Below, one piece after another: positions 9,670-21,343 of a stretch of 64,000 bases of DNA. How positions within the stretch are numbered: position 1 is the stretch's first letter; each line of letters begins with the position of its first letter. Made by a program: the position numbers and the translations under genes. Source of the stretch: Burkholderiales bacterium (GTDB lineage Bacteria > Pseudomonadota > Gammaproteobacteria > Burkholderiales > JAEUOS01); contig JAEUOS010000081.1 of assembly GCA_016790695.1 (NCBI GenBank), positions 33,169 through 97,168 of the forward strand, written 5' to 3'. The notes beneath the pieces were generated by a model. It searched no databases. It was not told the DNA's origin and worked only from the letters and a program-made list of their open reading frames with translations.

Positions 9670-10812
9670 ATGAAAAACGCCTTGCCAAGCGATATTTCGC
9701 AGCTTTTGGGGGGCTATTCCGCGGATCGCTTCCTCGCACGCTACTGGCACAAGCGCCCGCTGCTGGTGCGGCGCGCCATTCCCGGCTTCCGGCCGCTGCT
9801 GACGCGCGCGCAGTTGTTCGCGCTCGCCGGGCGCGACGACGTCGAGAGCCGCCTGGTGTCGCGCGTGCGCGGCCGGTTCCGGCTCGAGCACGGTCCGTTC
9901 GCCGCGCGCGCGCTGCGGCGCGGCACCGCGCCGCCCTGGACGCTGCTGGTGCAGGGCGTCAATCTGCATCACGCCGGCGCCGATGCCCTGCTGCAGCGCT
10001 TCGGCTTCGTGCCGTCGGCACGGCTCGACGACCTGATGATCTCCTGGGCGACCGACGGCGGCGGGGTCGGTCCGCATTTCGATTCCTACGATGTCTTCCT
10101 GCTGCAGGCCCACGGGCGGCGGCGCTGGCGCATCTCGACGCAGCGCGACCGCGCGCTGGTCCCCGGCGCCCCCCTGCGGATCCTGCGCGACTTCCGTCCC
10201 GGCGAAGAGTGGGTGCTCGAGCCCGGCGACATGCTCTACCTGCCGCCCGGCTGCGCGCACGATGGCGTCGCGCTCGGCGAGTGCATGACCTACTCGATCG
10301 GGTTCCGCGCGCCGTCTGCGCAGGAGCTCACGCGCGGCTACCTCGAGCACCTCGCCGACCACCTGCAGCGGCCCGGGATGTACGCCGACCCCGACCTGCG
10401 GGCGACGCGCGCGCCCGCGCGGGTGCCCGAGCGCTACGTCGAGCGCGCGATGCGCCTCATCGGCACGCTTCGCCCGACCCGCGAGAGCGTGGCTGCGTTT
10501 CTCGGCGCCTACCTCAGCGAGCCGAAGGCGTCGGTGTTCTTCGACCCGCCGGCCGCGCCCCTGGCGCGCGCGCGCTTCGCGCGCGCCGCCGCCGCCCGCG
10601 GCGTGCGCCTCGACCCGCGCACCCGCATGCTGCATCGCGGCCGCGCGCTGTACGTCAACGGCGACACCTTCGCGGACGCGGCGTCGCCGGCGCTGACCGC
10701 GCTGGCCGACGCGCGCCGGCTCGCGCCCGGCCCGCTGCCCGCGGGGCGCGACCTCGACTTGCTTTATGCTTGGTACACGCATGGCTGGCTGCATCCCGGA
10801 GCATCCCCTTGA
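9670..10812 (+). CDS. Cupin/JmjC-domain protein, ribosomal oxygenase (RoxA/YcfD)-like
   Basis: LLGGYSADRFLARYWHKRPLLVRRAIPGF resembles the YcfD N-terminus. Contains the H-x-D iron-ligand region GPHFDSYDVFLLQAHGRRRWRI. Confidence 0.8.
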   Translation: MKNALPSDISQLLGGYSADRFLARYWHKRPLLVRRAIPGFRPLLTRAQLFALAGRDDVESRLVSRVRGRFRLEHGPFAARALRRGTAPPWTLLVQGVNLHHAGADALLQRFGFVPSARLDDLMISWATDGGGVGPHFDSYDVFLLQAHGRRRWRISTQRDRALVPGAPLRILRDFRPGEEWVLEPGDMLYLPPGCAHDGVALGECMTYSIGFRAPSAQELTRGYLEHLADHLQRPGMYADPDLRATRAPARVPERYVERAMRLIGTLRPTRESVAAFLGAYLSEPKASVFFDPPAAPLARARFARAAAARGVRLDPRTRMLHRGRALYVNGDTFADAASPALTALADARRLAPGPLPAGRDLDLLYAWYTHGWLHPGASP

Positions 10813-11372
10813 GCACCAACGACAACGACCTCGATTTCACCAACTGGAAGCCGCCGCCGGAACCGCCGCCGACCACCGAGGTGGTGCCGGGCGGCCCGCA
10901 ACGGCGGCTGATCGATACCAGGAAGGCGTTCGCCGACGCATTCGACGAGTTGCTCGCGAAGACCGGGCGGACGCTGCGCATGTTCGACCGCAACCTCGCC
11001 GACTTCGGCATGAATTCGGTCGCGCGCGAGGAGCAGCTGCGCTCGTTCCTGCTGAAGCGCCGCAGCAACCGGGTGCAGATCGTGGTCCACGATCCGGCCA
11101 TCGTCGCCACGCGCTCGCCGCGCCTGATGCGGCTGTTGCGCCAGTTCAGCCACGCGATCGCGATCCACCAGACCAACGAGGAGATCCGCAATCTCGAGGA
11201 CGTGCTGGTGGTCGGCGACGATGCGCACTGCCTGCGCCGGCGCCACTACGCCCATCCCAAGGGCTCGATCTACCTCGACGACCCGGTCGAGACGCGCGCG
11301 TGGCTGAGCCGCTTCAACGCGATCTGGGAGCACAGCGCCCCCGCGGTCAGCGCGACGACCATCGGGCTGTAG
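10809..11372 (+). CDS. Conserved hypothetical protein (about 187 aa, Pro-rich N-terminus)
   Basis: TTG start overlaps the upstream stop (TTGA). Strong third-position GC bias throughout; I recognise no family. The start codon is uncertain. Confidence 0.55.
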   Translation: MSTNDNDLDFTNWKPPPEPPPTTEVVPGGPQRRLIDTRKAFADAFDELLAKTGRTLRMFDRNLADFGMNSVAREEQLRSFLLKRRSNRVQIVVHDPAIVATRSPRLMRLLRQFSHAIAIHQTNEEIRNLEDVLVVGDDAHCLRRRHYAHPKGSIYLDDPVETRAWLSRFNAIWEHSAPAVSATTIGL

Positions 11373-11377
11373 CGGGC

Positions 11378-12010
11378 ATGCGCGCCACCTGGTACTTCGA
11401 CCTCATTTCGCCCTACGCGTACCTGCATCTGCGCCAGTTCGACCGCCTGCCGGCGGGTCTCGAGGTCGAGTACGTTCCGGTCCTGTTCGCCGGACTGCTC
11501 AAGGCGCACGGCCACAAGGGGCCGGCCGAGATCCCGGAAAAGCGGCGCCACACGTATCGCAACTGCGTCTGGCTCGCGCACCAGCACGGCATCGCGTTGC
11601 GGTTCCCGCCGGCGCACCCGTTCAATCCCCTCCACGCGCTGCGGCTCCTGGTCGCCGCCGGCGCGACGCCCGACCATGTGGACGCCGCCTTCAGCGCGAT
11701 CTGGGAGCGCGGCGAGGACATCAACGCCCCGGCCAGCCTGGCCGCACTCGCCGCGCGCCTGGGCGTCGCCGATCCGCAGGCGGCGCTCGCGGCGCCCGCG
11801 GTCAAGGCGGCACTCGCCGCCAATACCGAACGCGCGATCGCGCGCGGCGTCTACGGCGTGCCGACCTTCGAGGTCGGCGGGGAACTGTTCTGGGGCGCCG
11901 ACAGCCTCGACATGATGCGCGCGTTCATCGCCGACCCCGCCCTGTTCGGGCAGGGCGAGTACGCGCGCGTCGACTGCCTGCCGGCGGCGGCAATGCGCAA
12001 GGAAGCCTGA
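11378..12010 (+). CDS. 2-hydroxychromene-2-carboxylate isomerase / DsbA-like thioredoxin-fold protein
   Basis: MRATWYFDLISPYAYL...GVYGVPTFEVGGELFWGADSLDMM is typical of the HCCA isomerase family. Confidence 0.8.
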   Translation: MRATWYFDLISPYAYLHLRQFDRLPAGLEVEYVPVLFAGLLKAHGHKGPAEIPEKRRHTYRNCVWLAHQHGIALRFPPAHPFNPLHALRLLVAAGATPDHVDAAFSAIWERGEDINAPASLAALAARLGVADPQAALAAPAVKAALAANTERAIARGVYGVPTFEVGGELFWGADSLDMMRAFIADPALFGQGEYARVDCLPAAAMRKEA

Positions 12011-12014
12011 CGGT

Positions 12015-12044
12015 CGGGGCGGCCCGGCCCGCCAAACCGCCCCG
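12015..12044. terminator. GC-rich hairpin between convergent genes (possible bidirectional terminator)
   Basis: CGGGGCGG (12015-12022) pairs with CCGCCCCG (12037-12044). There is no clear U-tract. Confidence 0.25.
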
Positions 12045-12070
12045 TCAAGCCGCGCTGTCAGACCGCGCCG

Positions 12071-14116
<2,046 letters not shown>

Positions 14117-14210
14117 CTAGAATCGTCCGGCGGAGTTCGGCGCGGTTGCCGTCCGGCAACGCATCGTCGCGAATTATCGCACTCCTCCCGCGCCCGCCCC
14201 ATCGCCTTCC

Positions 14211-15350
14211 TTGAGCACACTGACCGTACTCGATTCGCTGCGCGACCTCGATCCCGCGGAATGGGATGCGCTGGGCGGCGGCCACCCGCTGGTCTCGCAC
14301 GCGTTCCTGCATGCGCTGCACGAGACCGGCTGCGCGGTCGAGGACACCGGCTGGACCCCGCAGTATCTGGTGCTCACCGAAGGCGGCGCGCTCGCCGGCG
14401 CCATGCCGCTGTACGTGAAGATGCATTCGTACGGCGAGTACGTGTTCGACTGGGCCTGGGCCGACGCCTATCGCCGCCATGGCCTAGCCTACTACCCGAA
14501 GCTGCTCTCGGCGATCCCGTTCACGCCCTGCACGACGCCGCGGCTGCTCGGCCGCGGCAACGCCGTGCGCGCCGCCCTGCTCAACGCCGCGCTCGAGCTG
14601 GCCGGATCGGCCGAGGTGTCGTCGCTGCACGTCAATTTTCCGGCGCACGACGACGAGGCGACGCTGCGCCGCGGCGGCATGCTGCAGCGCCATACCGTGC
14701 AGTTCCACTGGCAGAACCGGGGCTACGCGGATTTCGAGGCCTTCCTCGCCACCATGTCCCACGACAAGCGCAAGAAGATCCGCCAGGAACGCCGCAAGGT
14801 GCGCGAGGCCGGCATCCGCTTTCGCCGCGTCGCGGGCGAGGCGATCGACCAGGACCTCTGGCGCTTCTGGATGCGCTGCTACGCGCACACCTACCGCGCG
14901 CATCACTCGACACCCTATCTGAACCTCGCGTTCTTCGAGCGCATCGGCCGGACCATGCCGCAGCACCTGCTGCTCGTGGTCGGGAGCATGGGCGGGAGCG
15001 ACGTCTGCGCCTCGCTGTGCATCCACGACGGCGCCACGCTCTACGGCCGCTACTGGGGCGCGCTCGGCTACGCGCCCGGGCTGCACTTCGAGACCTGCTA
15101 CTACCAGCCCCTCGAGTTCTGCATCGAGCGCGGCATCGGCACCTTCGAGGGCGGCGCCCAGGGCGAACACAAGCTCGCGCGCGGCTTCCTGCCGGTGGAG
15201 ACGCGATCGTTCCACTGGCTCAAGCATCCGCAGTTCGCCGACGCCGTCGAGGACTTCCTCAAGCGCGAGAGCGCCGGAATCCACCGCTACGTCAACGAGT
15301 TGCAGGAGCATGCGCCGTTCAAGCAGCCGTCGGCGGCGGGCGCGGACTGA
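14211..15350 (+). CDS. FemAB/BioF2-like GNAT-fold acyltransferase (DUF482-type)
   Basis: 379 aa; LDPAEWDAL...HPLVSHAFLHALHETGC...YVKMHSYGEYVFDWAWA is typical of this conserved proteobacterial family. TTG start. Confidence 0.7.
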   Translation: MSTLTVLDSLRDLDPAEWDALGGGHPLVSHAFLHALHETGCAVEDTGWTPQYLVLTEGGALAGAMPLYVKMHSYGEYVFDWAWADAYRRHGLAYYPKLLSAIPFTPCTTPRLLGRGNAVRAALLNAALELAGSAEVSSLHVNFPAHDDEATLRRGGMLQRHTVQFHWQNRGYADFEAFLATMSHDKRKKIRQERRKVREAGIRFRRVAGEAIDQDLWRFWMRCYAHTYRAHHSTPYLNLAFFERIGRTMPQHLLLVVGSMGGSDVCASLCIHDGATLYGRYWGALGYAPGLHFETCYYQPLEFCIERGIGTFEGGAQGEHKLARGFLPVETRSFHWLKHPQFADAVEDFLKRESAGIHRYVNELQEHAPFKQPSAAGAD

Positions 15351-15432
15351 ATCCGTCGCGCGTGCCGGGAACGGGTGCACCGACCGGCGGTCCAATGCGT
15401 TGGTTCCCTCGAACTCCCGACCGGATTCCGAC

Positions 15433-15966
15433 ATGTCCGCCATTCGAACGCTTGCCGCCTTCGCCCTCGCGGCCCTGCTTGCCGGCTGCGCCTCGACCGC
15501 ACCGGAGCGCGGCGCGGTGCAGCGCCTCTCCGCCGAGGAACTGGCGCGGCTGACGCCGGCGCCCAATCCGTCGGTCCCGCTGTCGCGTGTCCTCGCGCTG
15601 TCGCGGGCCGGCACGCCGCCGGCGTCGATCATCGCCGAGTTGCAGGCGACCGGCACCTACTACAACCTCGACGCGGCGCAGATCGTCGATCTCGCGCGCC
15701 AGGGCGTCGACCAGTCCGTGATCGACCATCTGGTCGCCGCCCAGGAGCGGGCCCGTCAGGCGACGCTCATCACGCAGCTCGCCGATCGCGACGCGCAGGC
15801 CGCCCGCGCGCTCGAGCGCGAGCGCGAGCGCCGCCTCGCCCTGCAGCGCCGCCACGATCCCTTTTTCGACCCGTTCTGGCCCCGCCCCCATTACGGATGG
15901 ACCCCGCGCAGCGGCTGGACCTGGGGCATCCACGGCGGCTTCGGCCCCTACTGGCGGCGCTGGTAG
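15433..15966 (+). CDS. Lipoprotein of unknown function
   Basis: Signal peptide with a lipobox (MSAIRTLAAFALAALLAGC|AS) and good third-position GC bias. Confidence 0.65.
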   Translation: MSAIRTLAAFALAALLAGCASTAPERGAVQRLSAEELARLTPAPNPSVPLSRVLALSRAGTPPASIIAELQATGTYYNLDAAQIVDLARQGVDQSVIDHLVAAQERARQATLITQLADRDAQAARALERERERRLALQRRHDPFFDPFWPRPHYGWTPRSGWTWGIHGGFGPYWRRW

Positions 15967-15971
15967 CCGGC

Positions 15972-17549
15972 TCAGGGCGGCGCGGCGCCGCCCGCGCCCG
16001 GCGCCGCGCGCAGGCCGCGGCGATACAGCTTGCCGGTCGGCCCGACGGGCAGCGCGTCGACCAGGTGGAACGCCTTGGGCACCTTGTAGCCGGCGAGCCG
16101 GCCGCCGTCACGACACCAGGCATCGAGAGCGGCCGCGGTCGGCGCGGCCTGCCGCGGCGCGGCGACCACGTAGGCCTCGACGCGCTCGCCCCACGTCGGA
16201 TCGGCCTGCCCGACGACCGCCGCCTGCGCCACGCCGGGGTGGGCAAGCAGCACCCGTTCGACTTCCTCGCCGTGAATCTTCAGCCCGCCGCTGTTGATCA
16301 GGTTGTCGCGGCGCCCGCAGACGAACAGGTCGCCGTCCGGGTCGAGGTAGCCGAGGTCGCCCGAACGCCACCAGCCAGCGACGAAGCGGGCAGCCGTCAG
16401 GGCCGGATCGCGCCAGTAGCCGAGCGCCAGGGACGCGCCGGCCAGGCAGATCTCGCCGGTCTCGCCCGGCGCCACGAGCGCGTCGATCGGCCCCTCCGGA
16501 TCGACGATGCGCACGTCGGCGCCGACCACCGGGCGCCCCGAGGTCCCCGGCTTGCCGGCTCCTCCCGCCGCGCCCAGCAGCGTGGGCTCGGTGGCGAGGA
16601 CCGCGGCACCGCAGCCGGACTCGCTCGAGACCAGGAACGACGCGATGCGCGGGCACAGGCCGCCCACGATGCGCGCGACGTCGGCCGGGGTCGGCGGCTC
16701 CCCCGAGATCGACACCAGGCGCAGCGCCGCCGGCGCCGGGGCGTCGGCCTCCTCGGCCAGGATCATGCGCCACATGGTCGGCACCGCCGGCGCCATCGTG
16801 ATGCCCTCGCGCGCGAGCGTCTCCAGATACCGGCGCGGCGCGAAGGTGTCGTCGAAGACGACCCGCGCATGCGCGCCGACGTAGGGCACCACGACATTGA
16901 CCCAGGCCGCGAACGACGGCTGCATCACCACCAGGGTCGCGTCGGCCGTGCCGATGCCGCCGTAGAGCGCCTGGCCGCCCTTCGCGTTCGCCACGAGCGT
17001 CCCATGGGAGTGCATCACCCCCTTGGGACGCCCGGTCGTGCCGGAGGACAGGATGATCGCCGCCAGATCGTCGCTCCCGGCCGCCACCGGCAGCCCGTCG
17101 GTCCGCGCCCCGGTGCCGAACAGCGCGCCGAGCGCGATGCCGCGGCAGGCTGGCGCCGCGGCAAGGACCTCGGCCGCGAGCGCCGCGGACGCGTCGTCGT
17201 AGACCAGGACCCGCGCGCCGAGCCAGTCGACGGTCTCGCCGAGGTTCGCCGCCGTTTCGCGCAGGTGCAGGCTGGCGCCGACCGCGCCGGCCAGCGGCGC
17301 CGCGAACCACGCAAGCGCGTGCCGGACCGACGGCCGGCACAGGAACGCGACCACCGCGCCGCGCGCCGCCCCGTGCGCCCGCAGGCAGGCGGCCGCATCC
17401 AGGCTCGCCGCCCAGGCCTGCGCGCCCGACAGCCGCTGCGCGGCGTCGATCAGGAACTCCGCGCCGCCGCGCCACTTGCAGGCGAGGCGGTACAGGTCGT
17501 TGAGGGTCGCGTGCCGCCCGATCGCGGCGCCGCCGGCCGGCGCGCTCAC
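15972..17549 (-). CDS. AMP-dependent acyl-CoA synthetase/ligase
   Basis: AMP-binding motif ILSSGTTGRPKGVMHSH; also GWWRSGDLGYLDPDGDLFVCGRRDNLINSGGLKI. GTG start overlaps the upstream stop (GTGA). Confidence 0.85.
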   Translation of the reverse strand: MSAPAGGAAIGRHATLNDLYRLACKWRGGAEFLIDAAQRLSGAQAWAASLDAAACLRAHGAARGAVVAFLCRPSVRHALAWFAAPLAGAVGASLHLRETAANLGETVDWLGARVLVYDDASAALAAEVLAAAPACRGIALGALFGTGARTDGLPVAAGSDDLAAIILSSGTTGRPKGVMHSHGTLVANAKGGQALYGGIGTADATLVVMQPSFAAWVNVVVPYVGAHARVVFDDTFAPRRYLETLAREGITMAPAVPTMWRMILAEEADAPAPAALRLVSISGEPPTPADVARIVGGLCPRIASFLVSSESGCGAAVLATEPTLLGAAGGAGKPGTSGRPVVGADVRIVDPEGPIDALVAPGETGEICLAGASLALGYWRDPALTAARFVAGWWRSGDLGYLDPDGDLFVCGRRDNLINSGGLKIHGEEVERVLLAHPGVAQAAVVGQADPTWGERVEAYVVAAPRQAAPTAAALDAWCRDGGRLAGYKVPKAFHLVDALPVGPTGKLYRRGLRAAPGAGGAAPP

Positions 17550-18688
17550 AGCGACCGGGAGATGATCTCGCGCATGATCTCGTTGGTGCCCGCATAGATC
17601 CGGTGCACCCGCGCGTCGGCCCACATGCGCCCGATCGGGTAGTCCCACATGTATCCGGTGCCGCCATGCAGCTGCATGCACGCGTCGAGCACGCGGTCCT
17701 GCACCTCGGTGGAGTACAGCTTGGCCATCGCGGCGGTGTGCATGTCGAGCGCGCCGCGCGCATGCAGCTCGATGCAGCGGTCGGTGAACACCCGCAGCGC
17801 CTGGGTCTCGGTGGCGACGTCGGCCAGCCGGAAGCGCGTGTTCTGGAAGTCGAACACCCGGCCGCCGAAGGCACGGCGCTCCTTGACCCAGCGCGCCGTC
17901 ATCTCGAGCGCCGCCTCGCAGCAGGCCGCCGCGCGCACCGCCACCAGGATGCGTTCCTGCACCAGCTCGGACATCAGCACCTTCCAGCCGCCGTTCTCCT
18001 CGCCCAGCAGGCAATCCGCCGGAACCCGCATGCCGTCGAAGAACAGTTCCGCCGTGTCCTGCGCCTTGTTGCCGACCTTCTTGAGGTTCCTCGCCTTGCG
18101 GTAGCCCGGCAGGCTGGTATCGACCAGGAGCAGCGACACGCCCTTGGCCTTCCGTTCCGGCGCGGTCTTGACCACGAGGACGACGAGGTCGCCGACGATG
18201 CCGTTGGTGATGAAGACCTTGGAGCCGTCGACCACGTAGGCATCGCCGTCGCGCACCGCGCGGGTGCGCACGGCCGCCAGGTCGCTGCCGCTGTCGGGCT
18301 CGGTCATGCCGATCGAGGCGACCGCATCGCCGCTGGCCAGGCGCGGCAGCCAATGGCGCTTCTGCGCCTCGGTGCCGTGATGGACGACGTAGGGCGCGAC
18401 GATCCCGGTGTGCAGTTCGAAGGCCGGCGCCGCCATGCCGGCGCGCGCATGCGCCTCGACGGCGACCGCGAGGGTGCGGAAATCGTCGCCCGCGCCGCCG
18501 TACTGCTCGGGGATGCCGGCGCCGAGCGCGCCGAGGTCGCCGAAGCGGCGCCAGATCGCCTTCGGCACCATGCCCTCCTCCTCCCAGCGCTGCATGTGCG
18601 GCGCCAGTTCGGCGGCGATGAACCTGCGCATGGCCTCGCCGAACGCGAGGTGCTCCGCGTCATAGACGGTGCGCGGCAGGCGCAGCAT
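17546..18688 (-). CDS. Acyl-CoA dehydrogenase
   Basis: IGMTEPDSGSDLAAVRT, ITNG and QLHGGTGYMWDYPIGRMWADARVHRIYAGTNEIM motifs. Start placed at the ATG at 18688. Confidence 0.9.
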   Translation of the reverse strand: MLRLPRTVYDAEHLAFGEAMRRFIAAELAPHMQRWEEEGMVPKAIWRRFGDLGALGAGIPEQYGGAGDDFRTLAVAVEAHARAGMAAPAFELHTGIVAPYVVHHGTEAQKRHWLPRLASGDAVASIGMTEPDSGSDLAAVRTRAVRDGDAYVVDGSKVFITNGIVGDLVVLVVKTAPERKAKGVSLLLVDTSLPGYRKARNLKKVGNKAQDTAELFFDGMRVPADCLLGEENGGWKVLMSELVQERILVAVRAAACCEAALEMTARWVKERRAFGGRVFDFQNTRFRLADVATETQALRVFTDRCIELHARGALDMHTAAMAKLYSTEVQDRVLDACMQLHGGTGYMWDYPIGRMWADARVHRIYAGTNEIMREIISRSL

Positions 18689-18838
18689 GGATTCGAGCGG
18701 AACCGGGGACTCGGCGGAGGCGTTCTGTGGCACGGCGGGATCGGCGTGGGCGGCTGGGGAATTTAGGATAGCATTCGCGCCCAGCGGCCCCGGCGCCGCG
18801 CGCCTTCCGACCATGCACCGCATCGCCAAGGAGATCTC

Positions 18839-19825
18839 GTGACCACCCGCCGCCACATCCTTTCCGCCGGCGCCGCCGCCCTCGCCGGCACCCTGCTGCC
18901 GACCGCCGGCAGCGCGCAGACCCTGCAGCGCAACGCGCGCCTGATCGTCGGCTTCCCGCCCGGCGGATCGACCGACATCGTCGCCCGCCTGCTCGCCGAG
19001 CGACTGCGCGGCAACTACGCGCCGCAGATCATCGTCGAGAACCGGCCGGGCGCCGGCGGCCGCGTCGCCGCCGACGTCACCAAGGCCGCCGAGCCCGACG
19101 GCACCACCATGCTGCTCACCCCGGCGTCGATCCTCGCCCTCTATCCGCACGTCTACCGGCGCCTGGGCTACGACGCCTTCGCCGACTTCGCGCCGGTCAC
19201 CAAGCTGTGCTCGTTCCCGTTCGGCTTCACGGTCGGGCCCGCGGTGCCGGCGACGGTGCGCAATCTCGCCGACTTCGTCCAGTGGGCGCGCGCGCAGGGC
19301 AAGCCGATCGCCTACGGCTCGCCGGGCGCCGGATCGATGCCGCACTTCACCGGCTTCACGATCGGCCGCGCGCTGGGCTTTCCCGTCACGCACGTGCCGT
19401 ACAAGGGCGGCGCGCCGGCGATCCAGGACCTGCTCGGCGGCCAGATCCCGGCATCGGTCAACGTGATCGCCGAACCGCTGCCGCATTACCAGGCCGGCAA
19501 GCTGCGCATCCTCGCGCAGACCGGCGCGCAGCGCTCGTCCTTCGTGCCCGACGTGCCGACCTTCGCCGAGTCCGGCTACCGCGACATCGTCGCCCGCGAG
19601 TGGTTCGGCATGTTCGTTCCCGCGCGCACGCCGGCGCCGACGATCACGGCGCTCAACGCGGCGCTGCGCGAGGCGATCCGGTCGAAGGAAGTCGGCGAGG
19701 GCTACGGCCGCTTCGCGTTCGACCCGGAAGGCGATTCGCCCGCCGACTTCGGCCGCGACCTGCGCGCCATGTACGATCAGTGGGGGCCGATCATCAAGGC
19801 GAGCGGCTTCACCTCGGACGACTGA
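18839..19825 (+). CDS. Bug-family (TctC-like) tripartite tricarboxylate transporter substrate-binding protein
   Basis: Tat-like signal (MTTRRHILSAGAAALAG) plus VGFPPGGSTDIVARLL...ENRPGAGG...VPYKGGAPAIQDLLGGQI. SD AAGGAG lies before the GTG start. Confidence 0.9.
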   Translation: MTTRRHILSAGAAALAGTLLPTAGSAQTLQRNARLIVGFPPGGSTDIVARLLAERLRGNYAPQIIVENRPGAGGRVAADVTKAAEPDGTTMLLTPASILALYPHVYRRLGYDAFADFAPVTKLCSFPFGFTVGPAVPATVRNLADFVQWARAQGKPIAYGSPGAGSMPHFTGFTIGRALGFPVTHVPYKGGAPAIQDLLGGQIPASVNVIAEPLPHYQAGKLRILAQTGAQRSSFVPDVPTFAESGYRDIVAREWFGMFVPARTPAPTITALNAALREAIRSKEVGEGYGRFAFDPEGDSPADFGRDLRAMYDQWGPIIKASGFTSDD

Positions 19826-19874
19826 TCTCCGGGCGGGCGCCGGCCGGCGCGACGCACGCCGGCCGCGCGCAACG

Positions 19875-20579
19875 CTAGGCGAACGCGACCGAGACGCGCC
19901 GGTTCTGCCGGCCCTTGCTCTCGATCCGGGTCACCGTCACCGGACCGATCTCGGCGATGTCGGCCACATGCGTGCCGCCGCAGGCCTGCAGGTCGATGCC
20001 GTCGATGCGCAGCAGCCGGACCCGCCCGAATCCGGACGGCGGCTTCACCGACATCGTCCTGACCAGCTCCGGGCGCTCGCGCAATTCGTCGTCGGTGACC
20101 CACTCGGTGCGCACCGCGGCGCCCGCGCGGATCAGCGCGTTCAGGCGCGCGTCGATCTCCGCGCGGTCCAGGCGCTCCCCCTGCAGGTCGAAATCCAGTC
20201 GGCCCGAATCCTCGCGCACCGCGCCGCCGTTGACCGGTCCGGGCACGACCGCGGTCAGCACGTGCAGGCAGGTGTGCATGCGCATCAGGCGATGGCGGCG
20301 CTCCCAGTCGATCGCGAGGCGCACCGGGGTTCCCGCCGCCGGCAGCGCATCCCCCGGCGCGATCAGGTGCACGATGCGTCCCGCGCCGTCGCGCCGGGTG
20401 TCGGTCACGCGCGCGCTGCCGCCGTCCCATGCGACGGTGCCGGTATCGCCGGGCTGCCCGCCGCCCGTCGCATAGAACACGGTCGCGTCGAGCACCACGC
20501 CGCCGGCATCGGCCGACAGCACGGTCGCCGGCGCCGCGCGCAGGTAGGCGTCGTCGCGAAACAGCTCGCGCGTCAGCAT
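19875..20579 (-). CDS. Free-standing alanyl-tRNA editing domain protein (AlaX-like)
   Basis: Zinc motifs H-x-x-x-H (MHTCLHVL) and C-x-x-x-H (ACGGTHV), plus FYATGGGQPGDTG. Confidence 0.8.
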   Translation of the reverse strand: MLTRELFRDDAYLRAAPATVLSADAGGVVLDATVFYATGGGQPGDTGTVAWDGGSARVTDTRRDGAGRIVHLIAPGDALPAAGTPVRLAIDWERRHRLMRMHTCLHVLTAVVPGPVNGGAVREDSGRLDFDLQGERLDRAEIDARLNALIRAGAAVRTEWVTDDELRERPELVRTMSVKPPSGFGRVRLLRIDGIDLQACGGTHVADIAEIGPVTVTRIESKGRQNRRVSVAFA

Positions 20580-21343
20580 CCGAGCTGATCGGCCAGGTCG
20601 TTGAAGTCGCGCGCGTTGTAGTCGAAGCGCGGCTCGAAGGCAGCGTCGTAGCCCGCCGACGCCAGGCGGGCGCGGCCGAATTCCAGCGGCCGCGGCACGA
20701 AGCAGGTCATGAGGCCGGCCTTCTTCGCGCCGTCGAGGTCGCTCTTGTGCGCCGCGACCAGCATCACCTCGGCCGGCTTGAGCGCCAGGAAGCGCGGCGC
20801 CGACAGGTAGGTCTCGCGGTCGGGCTTGTAGTGGCGCACCCACTCGGCGGAGAACACCAGGTCCCACGGCAGGCCCGCGAACTTGGCCATGTTGGTGAGG
20901 AGCGCGACGTTGCCGTTCGACATGCTGCCGATCACGTGGCGCGCCTTCAGGCGCTTCAGCCCGCGCACGGCATCGGGCCAGGCCCTGAGGCGGTGCCACA
21001 TGGTGTTGATCCGCGCCAGGTCGTCGGCGCCGACGGCGCGCCGCGGCGTGCCGCGCAGGAAGCGCGGCAGCAGCGCCTTGAGCGCCATCAGGTGCAGCGC
21101 ATCGAGGTTGGTCCATGGCAGTTCGCCGGTGCGCACCTTGTGCATGTTGGGCTGGTAGGCGCCGCGCCAGGCATCGACCAGGCCTTCCCAGTCGATGTCC
21201 CAGCCGCGCGCCGCGTTGAGCGCGCGCCCCTCGCGGATGATGCTGCCGCGCCAGTCGACGCAGGTGCCGAAGACGTCGAAGACCAGGGCGCGCGGCGCGG
21301 CGGATGCGCGCGCTGCCGGCGGGCGGCGCGGGGGCGCCATCAT
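20573..21343 (-). CDS. HAD-superfamily hydrolase, haloacid dehalogenase type II-like
   Basis: Nucleophile motif VFDVFGTCVDW plus SNGN...K...DLDGA motifs. Start overlaps the upstream stop (ATGA). Confidence 0.75.
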   Translation of the reverse strand: MMAPPRRPPAARASAAPRALVFDVFGTCVDWRGSIIREGRALNAARGWDIDWEGLVDAWRGAYQPNMHKVRTGELPWTNLDALHLMALKALLPRFLRGTPRRAVGADDLARINTMWHRLRAWPDAVRGLKRLKARHVIGSMSNGNVALLTNMAKFAGLPWDLVFSAEWVRHYKPDRETYLSAPRFLALKPAEVMLVAAHKSDLDGAKKAGLMTCFVPRPLEFGRARLASAGYDAAFEPRFDYNARDFNDLADQLGC

